DNA of 64,000 nt from Acidobacteriota bacterium. GTDB taxonomy: Bacteria > Acidobacteriota > Thermoanaerobaculia > Multivoradales > UBA5704. Where the stretch lies: the NCBI GenBank assembly GCA_040005235.1, contig JBDTZG010000006.1, positions 22,203 through 86,202 of the forward strand, written 5' to 3'. This document shows, in pieces, positions 28,120 through 36,177 of the stretch (position 1 is its first letter; every line of letters begins with the position of its first letter). The translations under genes were made by a program, and so were the position numbers. The notes under the pieces are model-generated. The model was not told where the DNA came from. It ran no database searches and saw only the letters and a program-made list of their open reading frames with translations.

Positions 28120-28956
28120 CTACAGCCAGCGGATCGCACCGCCCTGAATCGCCTTGGTCTTCGGGTCCTGAACGAAAGCCGCGACGCCGAGTTTCCTTCC
28201 GGCCGTCGCCTCTCCGACCTGTAGATCGACCGAACCGGTGCCATGACCACCCGGGGCGGCGCCGAGGGCGAAGGCCCGCAGTAGCCTACGGACGACGGCG
28301 TCGTTTTTGAGCGTCCGGCCGCCGTTTTCACCTCGGCCGACTTTCGTCACCAGGCCGTTTTCGACCAATGCTACGAGCACGTCCGCGTCGCGCGGCAGCG
28401 CTCCGGCGTGGGAGGCGGTGACCTTCGCGCGCAGGCCGGCGGGGGTTTTCTCAACCGTAAGGTCCAGATCGACCGCCGGTTTTTCCGCCAGCGCCTTGGC
28501 GATCGCCGCGCGCACTTTTCGCTCTTCCGAGCCGGTCATCTCCTCAGTGCCGTTCACCACCAGCTGCGGCGTATAGATCCGGTTCGTGTTGTACGCCTGG
28601 GCGTATTGCTTCTGGCGCGCCGACCAGTCGGCCGAGGAGAAGGGATCGGTCCAGCCGATGTAATCCCAATAGTCGACGTGGTACGCGAGCGGCACCACCT
28701 TGCCCGCGAAGGCCGGTTCGGCGGCGATTTCCGACAGCAGCCGGTCGGCCGGCGGGCAGCTCGAACACCCCTGCGAGGTGAACAGCTCTACCACCGCGAT
28801 GCTCCCCGCCGGAGGAGGAGCCGCAGCAAGCGCCGGAGTCGAGGATTGAGATGGCGAGTGGAGCATCAGAAAGGCGGCGAGCGCCAAGGCGCCGAGTGCC
28901 AGCGCCGGAATCAGCCGTGCGGAGTGGGAAGTGGAGGAAGTTGGAGTATCGAGCAT
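28120..28956 (-). CDS. DUF1223 thioredoxin-like secreted protein
   Basis: Start MLDTPTSS with an AGGAGG Shine-Dalgarno. TM/signal sequence. ELFTSQGCSSCPPAD is characteristic of DUF1223. 278 aa. Confidence 0.6.
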   Translation of the reverse strand: MLDTPTSSTSHSARLIPALALGALALAAFLMLHSPSQSSTPALAAAPPPAGSIAVVELFTSQGCSSCPPADRLLSEIAAEPAFAGKVVPLAYHVDYWDYIGWTDPFSSADWSARQKQYAQAYNTNRIYTPQLVVNGTEEMTGSEERKVRAAIAKALAEKPAVDLDLTVEKTPAGLRAKVTASHAGALPRDADVLVALVENGLVTKVGRGENGGRTLKNDAVVRRLLRAFALGAAPGGHGTGSVDLQVGEATAGRKLGVAAFVQDPKTKAIQGGAIRWL

Positions 28957-29158
28957 GGTGAGACCTCCTGGGCCCGGCGACACATCGTCGCTCTGGGTGC
29001 TTGTCGTTGATCCGATCGCCTGGGGAGATTTGGATTCATGCGCGCTCCAAGCGATAGTGCCGGATTTCGAGGCTGGTAGTGCGCATACCGGACCTCCGGG
29101 GGAAAAGGCTAACACGCGCCCCGATCGTGTGCAGCGAACGCACCGGATCGTTGCGTCC

Positions 29159-30751
29159 TTACGGACTCCCGACCAGAAACCGCGCGAGCCGCTCCCAGCG
29201 TTCGGGCCGGGGACGAAGCCGAGCCGGGATTTTCCGGGGCGTTGCGGGCTGGGAGCGGTCGGAGAGTGGAACCGCGCTCACTTCTAGAGGGAAGGCGCGC
29301 CGCCGCTCGCCCGGGCCGAGCAGCCAGATCTTGACCTGGGTCGGCGGGTCATCGGCCAGGAGTACCGTGGAGCGGACAGCTTGGATCACCTCCGAGCCGC
29401 GCCCCCGGCCGCGGCGGACCAGGATCGCGCAGCGGTTCGCGGGCCAGCTCGCGCCGAGCCGGGCGACCGAGCCGTCGAGCGGGATCAACGAGGGTGCCGG
29501 CCGGGAGGCCGTTGCCTGAGGAAGGTAGTGAGCGAGGCAGATCTCGGTCGAGGCGTTCAACGCGAGAACCGGCTCGCCCGGTCGAGCCGAAGCGGCGATC
29601 ACCCGCGCGGCCCAGAGCCAATCGGAGCGGTGTGCGTAGTCCCAGACGATGCCGATCGCCGCGGCGATCCCGAACGCCCCGACCAGGGCGAGCTGCAGCT
29701 CCACGCGAAGTGCCGGCCGGATCGCCAGCGCCTGAAGCCGCCGGCAGCTTTCGGCGAGACCGAGGCCGAGCAGGACGGCGAGAAACAGCCAGCCGATCAG
29801 CATGTAGCGCGCCTCGCTCCAGTGTCCGGAGAGCTGGAGCACGACCTCGACCCCCATGGTTCCCGCAATCGCCCCCGCGATCACCGCCCGGCCCTCTCCA
29901 CTCCGAGCGGCGCGCCAAACGCCGAGACCCACGAGAGCCAGCGCCAGCAGCCCGGTCCAGCCGAGAGCGTGAGAGTCCGTCCCGAACGTCAGCTCATGCC
30001 AGCGTTCGATCAGAGGGCCGAGATGCCAGCGGGTTGGGGGGCGCTGCATTCTTTGGTGTCGCGCGGCGAGCATGACGGAGAGCCAGGGGGCATAGGCGAG
30101 TCCCCAGCCGAGCAGGAAGAGGGGGACCGCCATCAGCAGACGGCGGGTTCTTCGGCGCGTTTCTTCTTCCTCGTCAAAAGCCCGTTCGATCGCGAGCCAG
30201 GCGATCGGCGCGAGAATCGCGACCGAGAGGTAATGGGTGTAGAGAGTCGCGAGCACGGCGAAGAAGAAGCCGACCCCGCGGCGGCCATCCGGAGAATCGA
30301 GCAGCCGGTCCGCCGTTGAGAGCGAGAGAGCCGCGCAGAACAGGGCGAGCGAGTAGGGGCGCAGCTCTTGGGAGTAATGGACGTGAAATGGTGCGAGCGC
30401 CATCGCCGACCCCACCAGCAGACCTTCGAGCCGGCCGAACCGGCGGGCGACCCAGCGCGCGACGATCAGGACCGTGCCGATGCCGAACGCGATCGGAATC
30501 ATCCGCCGCGCCGACTCGCCGAGCCCCAGGCAAAGGCCGAGCCAGGAGAACACCCCTTCAAGCGGCGGATGGACCGCGTCGGCCCGCAAGGCTCCGAGCA
30601 TCTCTCCGAAACCGCCGCTCGCCTGGTTCGTCTCGATGATCTCGTCGAGCCAGAGCGAAAAGCTGCCGAGGTTCGCCACGCGGGGCAGAAGCGCCAGCAG
30701 GGCGAGGCACACCAACAGCCCTCCGGAAAGACCTCGATTTAGAACGCGCAT
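29159..30751 (-). CDS. GT39/GT83 (PMT/ArnT-like) membrane glycosyltransferase
   Basis: 530 aa, polytopic. N-terminal SLWLDEIIETNQA motif typical of ArnT/PMT-family glycosyltransferases. Confidence 0.7.
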   Translation of the reverse strand: MRVLNRGLSGGLLVCLALLALLPRVANLGSFSLWLDEIIETNQASGGFGEMLGALRADAVHPPLEGVFSWLGLCLGLGESARRMIPIAFGIGTVLIVARWVARRFGRLEGLLVGSAMALAPFHVHYSQELRPYSLALFCAALSLSTADRLLDSPDGRRGVGFFFAVLATLYTHYLSVAILAPIAWLAIERAFDEEEETRRRTRRLLMAVPLFLLGWGLAYAPWLSVMLAARHQRMQRPPTRWHLGPLIERWHELTFGTDSHALGWTGLLALALVGLGVWRAARSGEGRAVIAGAIAGTMGVEVVLQLSGHWSEARYMLIGWLFLAVLLGLGLAESCRRLQALAIRPALRVELQLALVGAFGIAAAIGIVWDYAHRSDWLWAARVIAASARPGEPVLALNASTEICLAHYLPQATASRPAPSLIPLDGSVARLGASWPANRCAILVRRGRGRGSEVIQAVRSTVLLADDPPTQVKIWLLGPGERRRAFPLEVSAVPLSDRSQPATPRKIPARLRPRPERWERLARFLVGSP

Positions 30752-30929
30752 GCCCGTTTATCGGATGCGGACCCGTACAGTGTTTAGCCCCCGGGGACCA
30801 ATCTCGGCCGGAACGGTGCCAAACGCTTGCGGGCTGCCGGGAAAGATCGGCGTCCTCTCGTGCCACAATTGCTTCGCCGTGACCGAACCGACACCGATAT
30901 CCGCAGCTCGTCCCAACCTCGCCGCGCGC

Positions 30930-33473
30930 GTGCCGCAAGCGGGCACCAGCGACCCGGACGAAATCCTCAGCCGCTTCATCGATTGGGCGACCGACATGGG
31001 CTACGAGCTCTACCCGGCCCAGGAAGAGGCGCTGCTGGAGCTGATGGCGGGCAAGCACGTCATCCTCAATACGCCCACCGGCTCGGGCAAATCGCTGGTC
31101 GCCCTCGGCCTACATTTCAAGGCGATGTGCGAGGGGCAGGTCTCGTACTACACCAGCCCGATCAAGGCGCTCGCCTCCGAGAAGTTCTTCTCGCTGTGCA
31201 ACGACTTCGGGCCGGAAAACGTCGGCATGCTGACCGGCGACGCGAGCATCAATCCGACCGCCCGGGTGCTCTGCTGCACGGCGGAGGTGCTCTCGAACAT
31301 GGCGCTTCGCCAGGGCGAAACGCTCGACGCGCCGTACGTGGTGATGGACGAATTCCATTACTACTCGGACGCCGAGCGCGGCATCGCCTGGCAGGTCCCT
31401 CTGCTGGTGCTCCCGTATACCCGATTCCTGCTCATGTCGGCCACTCTGGGCGACGTCTCGGCGATCGCCGAGCAGATCAAGAAGCGCACCGGCGGCGAGG
31501 TCGCCCACGTGATCTCGGAGCACCGGCCGGTGCCGCTCGATTTCGAGTATCGCGAGACGCCGCTTCACGAGACGATCGAAGTACTGCTCGAACAGGGCCG
31601 CTCGCCGATCTACATCGTCAACTTCACCCAGCGCGAATGCGCGGAGCTGGCGCAGTCGCTCACCAGCATGAAGACCTCCACCCGCGAGGAGCGCGAGAAG
31701 ATCCGCGACTCAATCGCCGGTGCCCGGCTCGACACGCCGTACGGCAAGGAGTTCCGCCGTTTTCTCTCGTTCGGCATCGGCGTCCACCACGCGGGGCTCC
31801 TGCCGAAATATCGCCTCTTGGTGGAGCAGCTCGCGCAACAGGGGCTGCTGCGCGTGATCTCGGGAACCGACACGCTGGGCGTCGGCGTGAACATCCCGAT
31901 CCGCACCGTGCTGTTTACCAAGCTCGCGAAGTTCGACGGCAAGAAGGTGGCGACCCTTTCGGTGCGCGACTTTAAGCAGATCGCCGGCCGCGCCGGACGA
32001 AAAGGTTTCGACACCCGGGGGAGCGTCGTCGCCCAAGCGCCGGAGCACATTATCGAGCAGCGGATGCGGGAGCGAAAATCGAGCGGCGGCGGCAAGAAAT
32101 CGAAGGCGCCGCTGCGAGGCCCCGCCAAGGGCGAGGTCTCTTGGAGCGAAGAGACGTTCCAGCGGTTGATCCAAAAGCCGCCCGAGACGCTTCGCTCCCG
32201 GTTCCGCATCACCCACGGCATGGTGCTCAACCTGCTCCAGCGCGACGCTGAGATCAACGATCCGAACCGCCCGAACTTCTCCTCGCTCCGCGAGCTGATC
32301 GAACGCTCGCACGAGGACGAGGCGAGCAAAGCGAAATGGTTGCAGTTCTCGGGCGTAATCGTCCGCTCCCTCTTTAGGGCGGACGTGCTGCGCGTCACCA
32401 AAGACACCAAGCGCAACTATTACTGGGTGGTGATCGCGGAAGATCTGCAGTGGGATTTTTCGCTCCATCACGTCTTATCGCTGTTCCTGATCGAAACGCT
32501 CGGCCAGCTCGATCCCGAGTCCGAAACCTACGCGCCCGATCTGATCACCTTGGTCGAATCGATCCTGGAAAATCCGGAGGCGGTCCTGCGCCGCCAGGTC
32601 GATAAGCTCAAGACGGTGTTGATCACCCAGCTCAAGGCGCAAGGGGTCGACTACGACGAACGGATGGAGCGGCTGGAAGAGGTCACCCATCCGCAACCCA
32701 TGGCGGATTTCCTTCAGCACCACTTCCTCCGCTTCCGCCGCGACCACCCCTGGGTCGGCAATCGCGACATCGCACCGAAATCGATCGGCCGGGAGATGCT
32801 TGAAGGGTTCTTCGGCTTCTCCGACTACGTCCGCCAGTACGGCCTTCAGCGGAGCGAGGGGGTCCTCCTGCGCTACATCTCGCAGCTCTACAAGACGCTG
32901 GAGCAAAGCGTGCCCGAGCTGGCCAAGAGCCCCGAGGTCTACGACGGCATCGGCTTCTTCCGCGCGCTCCTCCAGCATACGGATACGAGCCTGATCGAAG
33001 AATGGGAAAGCCGCCTTCACCCCGAGCTGCTGCTCGAAAAGCCGGAGGAAAGCGAAAGGGACCGCCGCGAGTTGCGGGTCAAAGAGCTGCTCGGCAACCC
33101 GATGGCCTTCGGAGCCCGGGTCCGCGCGGAGCTACACCTCCTGCTCCGCGCGCTCGCCAATCGCGACTGGGAAGAGGCGGCGGCCTCGATCCTCCCCGCC
33201 CCCGACGATCCGGAAGGCCCCTGGACCCCGGAGCGCTTCGAAGCCGCCCTCGCCCCGTTCCTCGCCGAGTACGGAGATCTCACCTTCGGCCCCGAGGCCC
33301 GCCGCCACCAATGGACGACGATCAAAAAGACCGGCAACCGCACCTGGGAAGTCGCCCAGACCCTCCTCGACCCCCAAGGCGACAACCTCTGGGCGGCGCG
33401 CGGCACCATCGATCTCACCGACCCGAGTGTCCTCGAAGGTCCGCTCGTGCACTTGGAGCGGATCGGGCCGTAG
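30930..33473 (+). CDS. DEAD/DEAH-box helicase with DUF3516 C-terminal domain; start uncertain (GTG 30930 or ATG 30750)
   Basis: Walker A NTPTGSGKS, DEAD-box-equivalent motif II DEFH (MDEFHYY), motif III SATLGD, and the helicase C-domain. A long DUF3516-like C-terminus. The ATG at 30750 would overlap the divergent gene's start codon (CATG). Confidence 0.75.
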   Translation: MPQAGTSDPDEILSRFIDWATDMGYELYPAQEEALLELMAGKHVILNTPTGSGKSLVALGLHFKAMCEGQVSYYTSPIKALASEKFFSLCNDFGPENVGMLTGDASINPTARVLCCTAEVLSNMALRQGETLDAPYVVMDEFHYYSDAERGIAWQVPLLVLPYTRFLLMSATLGDVSAIAEQIKKRTGGEVAHVISEHRPVPLDFEYRETPLHETIEVLLEQGRSPIYIVNFTQRECAELAQSLTSMKTSTREEREKIRDSIAGARLDTPYGKEFRRFLSFGIGVHHAGLLPKYRLLVEQLAQQGLLRVISGTDTLGVGVNIPIRTVLFTKLAKFDGKKVATLSVRDFKQIAGRAGRKGFDTRGSVVAQAPEHIIEQRMRERKSSGGGKKSKAPLRGPAKGEVSWSEETFQRLIQKPPETLRSRFRITHGMVLNLLQRDAEINDPNRPNFSSLRELIERSHEDEASKAKWLQFSGVIVRSLFRADVLRVTKDTKRNYYWVVIAEDLQWDFSLHHVLSLFLIETLGQLDPESETYAPDLITLVESILENPEAVLRRQVDKLKTVLITQLKAQGVDYDERMERLEEVTHPQPMADFLQHHFLRFRRDHPWVGNRDIAPKSIGREMLEGFFGFSDYVRQYGLQRSEGVLLRYISQLYKTLEQSVPELAKSPEVYDGIGFFRALLQHTDTSLIEEWESRLHPELLLEKPEESERDRRELRVKELLGNPMAFGARVRAELHLLLRALANRDWEEAAASILPAPDDPEGPWTPERFEAALAPFLAEYGDLTFGPEARRHQWTTIKKTGNRTWEVAQTLLDPQGDNLWAARGTIDLTDPSVLEGPLVHLERIGP

Positions 33474-33539
33474 GGGGCCAGAGCGGGATGCAGGTGGTTG
33501 AAAATTGACCTCCCGCTGTCGCAAGGCGAGATTCAGGGT

Positions 33540-33800
33540 CAGCGGGACGGGTTCCTCGACTTCCTGTTCGCTCAAGCGCTACTTCACGCTGCGTGAAGCG
33601 TTGTTCCTCGTGCAGTTGATGCCCGCTTTGGAGCAACAATCTGTCCAAGCGGCTGGTGAAGAGCCCGAAGTTATATTTGAACGACACGGGGCTCCTCACC
33701 CATCTGCTCGGCGTAACCGACGGAAGGCTCCACGAAGAGCCGCGCCTCCTTGGCCCCATCCTGGAGAATTTCGTCGCCCTGGAGCTGTGCAAGCAGGTCC
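33540..33800 (+). pseudogene. Frameshifted 3' fragment of a DUF4143 AAA-ATPase gene
   Basis: LKRYFTLREALFLVQLMPA in one frame shifts into SKRLVKSPKLYLNDTGLLTHLLG...ENFVALELCKQ in another. Both match the DUF4143 C-terminus. There is no ATPase domain upstream. Confidence 0.45.
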
Positions 33801-33811
33801 GGTTGTATACG

Positions 33812-34624
33812 ATGGCCTTCCCTAGCATGCCTGAACAATTCAATATCGTTGCCGCCCACCACCGCCTGGAGGCCGTTTGGCATGGCCCTTCGCCGGATTC
33901 CGCGCCGACGATCGTGATGCTCCACGAGGGGCTCGGCTGCGTCGCCGGCTGGCGCGATTGGCCGGCTCGGCTCTCGCGGGAGACGGGGCTGGGGGTACTC
34001 GTCTACAGCCGGTGGGGGTATGGCGGGTCCGATCCGGTGGCGCCGCCCCGGCCGCTTGGCTATATGCACGACGAGGCGCTCGATTCGCTGCCCGAAGTGC
34101 TGGCCGCCGCGGGCGTACGCGACGCGATTTTGCTCGGCCACAGCGACGGTGCCTCGATCGCCCTGATCTATGCCGGCAGCTCCCTCTCGAAGCTGGCCGG
34201 TGCGCCGCGGATTCGCGGCTTGGCGCTGCTTGCGCCGCACGTCTTCTGCGAGGAGATCTCGGTCGCGGCGATTTCCCGCGCCCGCGAGGCGTATCTTCAT
34301 GGCGATCTCCGGGAGCGACTCGCAAGGCATCACGGCGAAAACGTCGACGGCGCGTTCTGGGGCTGGAACCGCGTCTGGCTCGATCCCGGTTTTCGCGATT
34401 GGAATCTCGAAGAGTTCTTGCCCGGCATCGAGGTTCCCGTGCTCGTCATCCAGAGCCAAACCGATCCGTACGGCACTCTCGCCCAGGTCGAAGCGATCGA
34501 ACGCGGCGTGCGCGGGCCGTTCTCGCGGCGGATCCTTCCGGAGTGCGGCCACGCGCCACAGAAGGACCGGCCGGACGAGACGACGGCGGCGGTGATCGAT
34601 TTCGTGGCACGGACCCTGCTCTAA
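33812..34624 (+). CDS. Alpha/beta hydrolase
   Basis: Start MAFPSMPEQF. Nucleophile elbow GHSDG. His near the C-terminus (ECGHAP). 270 aa. Confidence 0.7.
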   Translation: MAFPSMPEQFNIVAAHHRLEAVWHGPSPDSAPTIVMLHEGLGCVAGWRDWPARLSRETGLGVLVYSRWGYGGSDPVAPPRPLGYMHDEALDSLPEVLAAAGVRDAILLGHSDGASIALIYAGSSLSKLAGAPRIRGLALLAPHVFCEEISVAAISRAREAYLHGDLRERLARHHGENVDGAFWGWNRVWLDPGFRDWNLEEFLPGIEVPVLVIQSQTDPYGTLAQVEAIERGVRGPFSRRILPECGHAPQKDRPDETTAAVIDFVARTLL

Positions 34625-34689
34625 CCCTTCCTCGTTGGCGGCATTCCTCCTGCGAACACTCCATTTCGCCGCCACCGAAGGAGGACACG

Positions 34690-36009
34690 ATGAAAATCCA
34701 AAGATGGACTTCGATGGCGGTGATCCTGGGGGTCATCGTCCTGTCGGCTGGCATGACCGCCTCTCCCGCGCGGGCCGATCATGGGTCGTTACGGGGCGAG
34801 GTCGGGATCTACTACGACGAGCTGTCCCCCTATGGGGACTGGGTGGATGACTCGCAGTACGGCGCGGCCTGGTGCCCGCGGCATGTGGGGTCGGATTGGC
34901 GACCGTATTCCGACGGTCGTTGGGTCGACAGCGATTACGGCTGGACCTGGGCTTCGGATGAGCCGTTCGGCTGGGCGACCTATCACTACGGCCGCTGGGC
35001 CTTCGATTCCCGCTACGGCTGGATCTGGGTTCCCGGCACGGTCTGGGCTCCGGCTTGGGTCTCGTGGCAGTACGGGGGCGGCTATGTCGGCTGGGCTCCG
35101 TTGCCGCCGACAGTCGGGTTCGACTTGAACGTCGGCATCCGTCTCGGAGGGCTCTCCCTGAGCACCGTGATCCAACCGCGCGACTACCTCTTCGTCTCCG
35201 AGCGTGGATTCCTGGAGCCGCGGGTCGGCCGCTATGCCGTGCCCCGGACGCGGAACCAGGATCTCTGGCGTAGGGCACGCAACGTGACGAGTTACACCGT
35301 GGTCAATAACCGGGTGATCAATCGCGGTATCGCGATCAACAGCATCGAGCGGGCGACCGGACGCAGAGTTCCGCGCTTCCGGGTTGCGGAAGTGAATAGC
35401 CGCGGCTCAGCGGGGGTCTCCAGGGATCAGCTCAGGGTCTTCCGTCCGCCCTCCGCGCAGCTTCGCTCGATCGACGTCGCAGTTCGCAACGACGCCGGAG
35501 TGCGGCCGGGAATCGGCCGCGATCAACGGAACGATCAACGAGCCGACGACCGAGGTCGTCGCCCGGACGTGAAGCCGGTACCCCGCGGTCAGGAACGCCG
35601 CGACCAGGTCGGAATTGGAACGAAGCCGGCACCCCCCGGCCAGGAGCGCCGGAACCAGATCGAGCCCCGGCCGAACAGCCGCCCGAACAACCGGCCGGTC
35701 ACGAAGCCCGCAGAGCGTCCCAACGCCCGGCCGCCGGTAGTCCAAAATCAGCCGCATCGGCCCGAGCCTCCGCAGGTGAACAAGCCCCGGCCGCAAGGAA
35801 ATCCGCGCCCCGAGGCGAATCGCCCTCAGCCGCGCCAGAACGAGCGTCCTAACGCCCGGCCGCAGCAGCCGCCGCGGCAAAACGATCGGCCCAACGCCCG
35901 CCCCACGCAGCCCCGGGGAGAGCGTCCGGCGGCCAAACCTAACCGGCCGCACGGCGGTGGTGGTGGGGGCGGCAACGCCAAGCCGAAGCAGCATGGTCAC
36001 GGCGGCTAA
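34690..36009 (+). CDS. Secreted WxxGxW-repeat protein with a Pro/Arg/Asn/Gln-rich low-complexity tail
   Basis: GGAGG Shine-Dalgarno. Signal peptide. Repeated YGWxW/YGxW units. The C-terminal 180 aa are degenerate repeats of ERPNARP and the protein ends in HGGGGGGG. Confidence 0.55.
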   Translation: MKIQRWTSMAVILGVIVLSAGMTASPARADHGSLRGEVGIYYDELSPYGDWVDDSQYGAAWCPRHVGSDWRPYSDGRWVDSDYGWTWASDEPFGWATYHYGRWAFDSRYGWIWVPGTVWAPAWVSWQYGGGYVGWAPLPPTVGFDLNVGIRLGGLSLSTVIQPRDYLFVSERGFLEPRVGRYAVPRTRNQDLWRRARNVTSYTVVNNRVINRGIAINSIERATGRRVPRFRVAEVNSRGSAGVSRDQLRVFRPPSAQLRSIDVAVRNDAGVRPGIGRDQRNDQRADDRGRRPDVKPVPRGQERRDQVGIGTKPAPPGQERRNQIEPRPNSRPNNRPVTKPAERPNARPPVVQNQPHRPEPPQVNKPRPQGNPRPEANRPQPRQNERPNARPQQPPRQNDRPNARPTQPRGERPAAKPNRPHGGGGGGGNAKPKQHGHGG

Positions 36010-36049
36010 GCCGTCCGTTCAACCGCAGTTACTGTAGAGTTCCGTTGCA

Positions 36050-36090
36050 GATGGCGGTGCGACCTACACCGCCATCGGCAATTCTTGCTT
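36050..36090 (+). terminator. Rho-independent terminator
   Basis: Perfect 10-bp stem GATGGCGGTG/CACCGCCATC with a 7-nt loop, followed by the T-rich GGCAATTCTTGCTT. Confidence 0.5.
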
Positions 36091-36177
36091 GACCGCCCCC
36101 CGGAAACCTCGCCCTCTCCCGGCCCGTAGTAGCTTCAGCGTTCGCTTTCGACCGTTTGGCCGCGGAGGGACTTTCGG

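Noticed and set aside
30474-30749. N-terminal 92 aa of the 999-aa helicase ORF
   Set aside because: It lies entirely inside the well-supported ArnT-like gene on the opposite strand and is Arg/Pro/Ser-rich. The helicase start is placed downstream.
33877-34689. 5' extension of the WxxGxW protein ORF
   Set aside because: It overlaps the alpha/beta hydrolase gene in another frame and is Arg-rich. The real gene starts at the ATG at 34690, which has a GGAGG Shine-Dalgarno.
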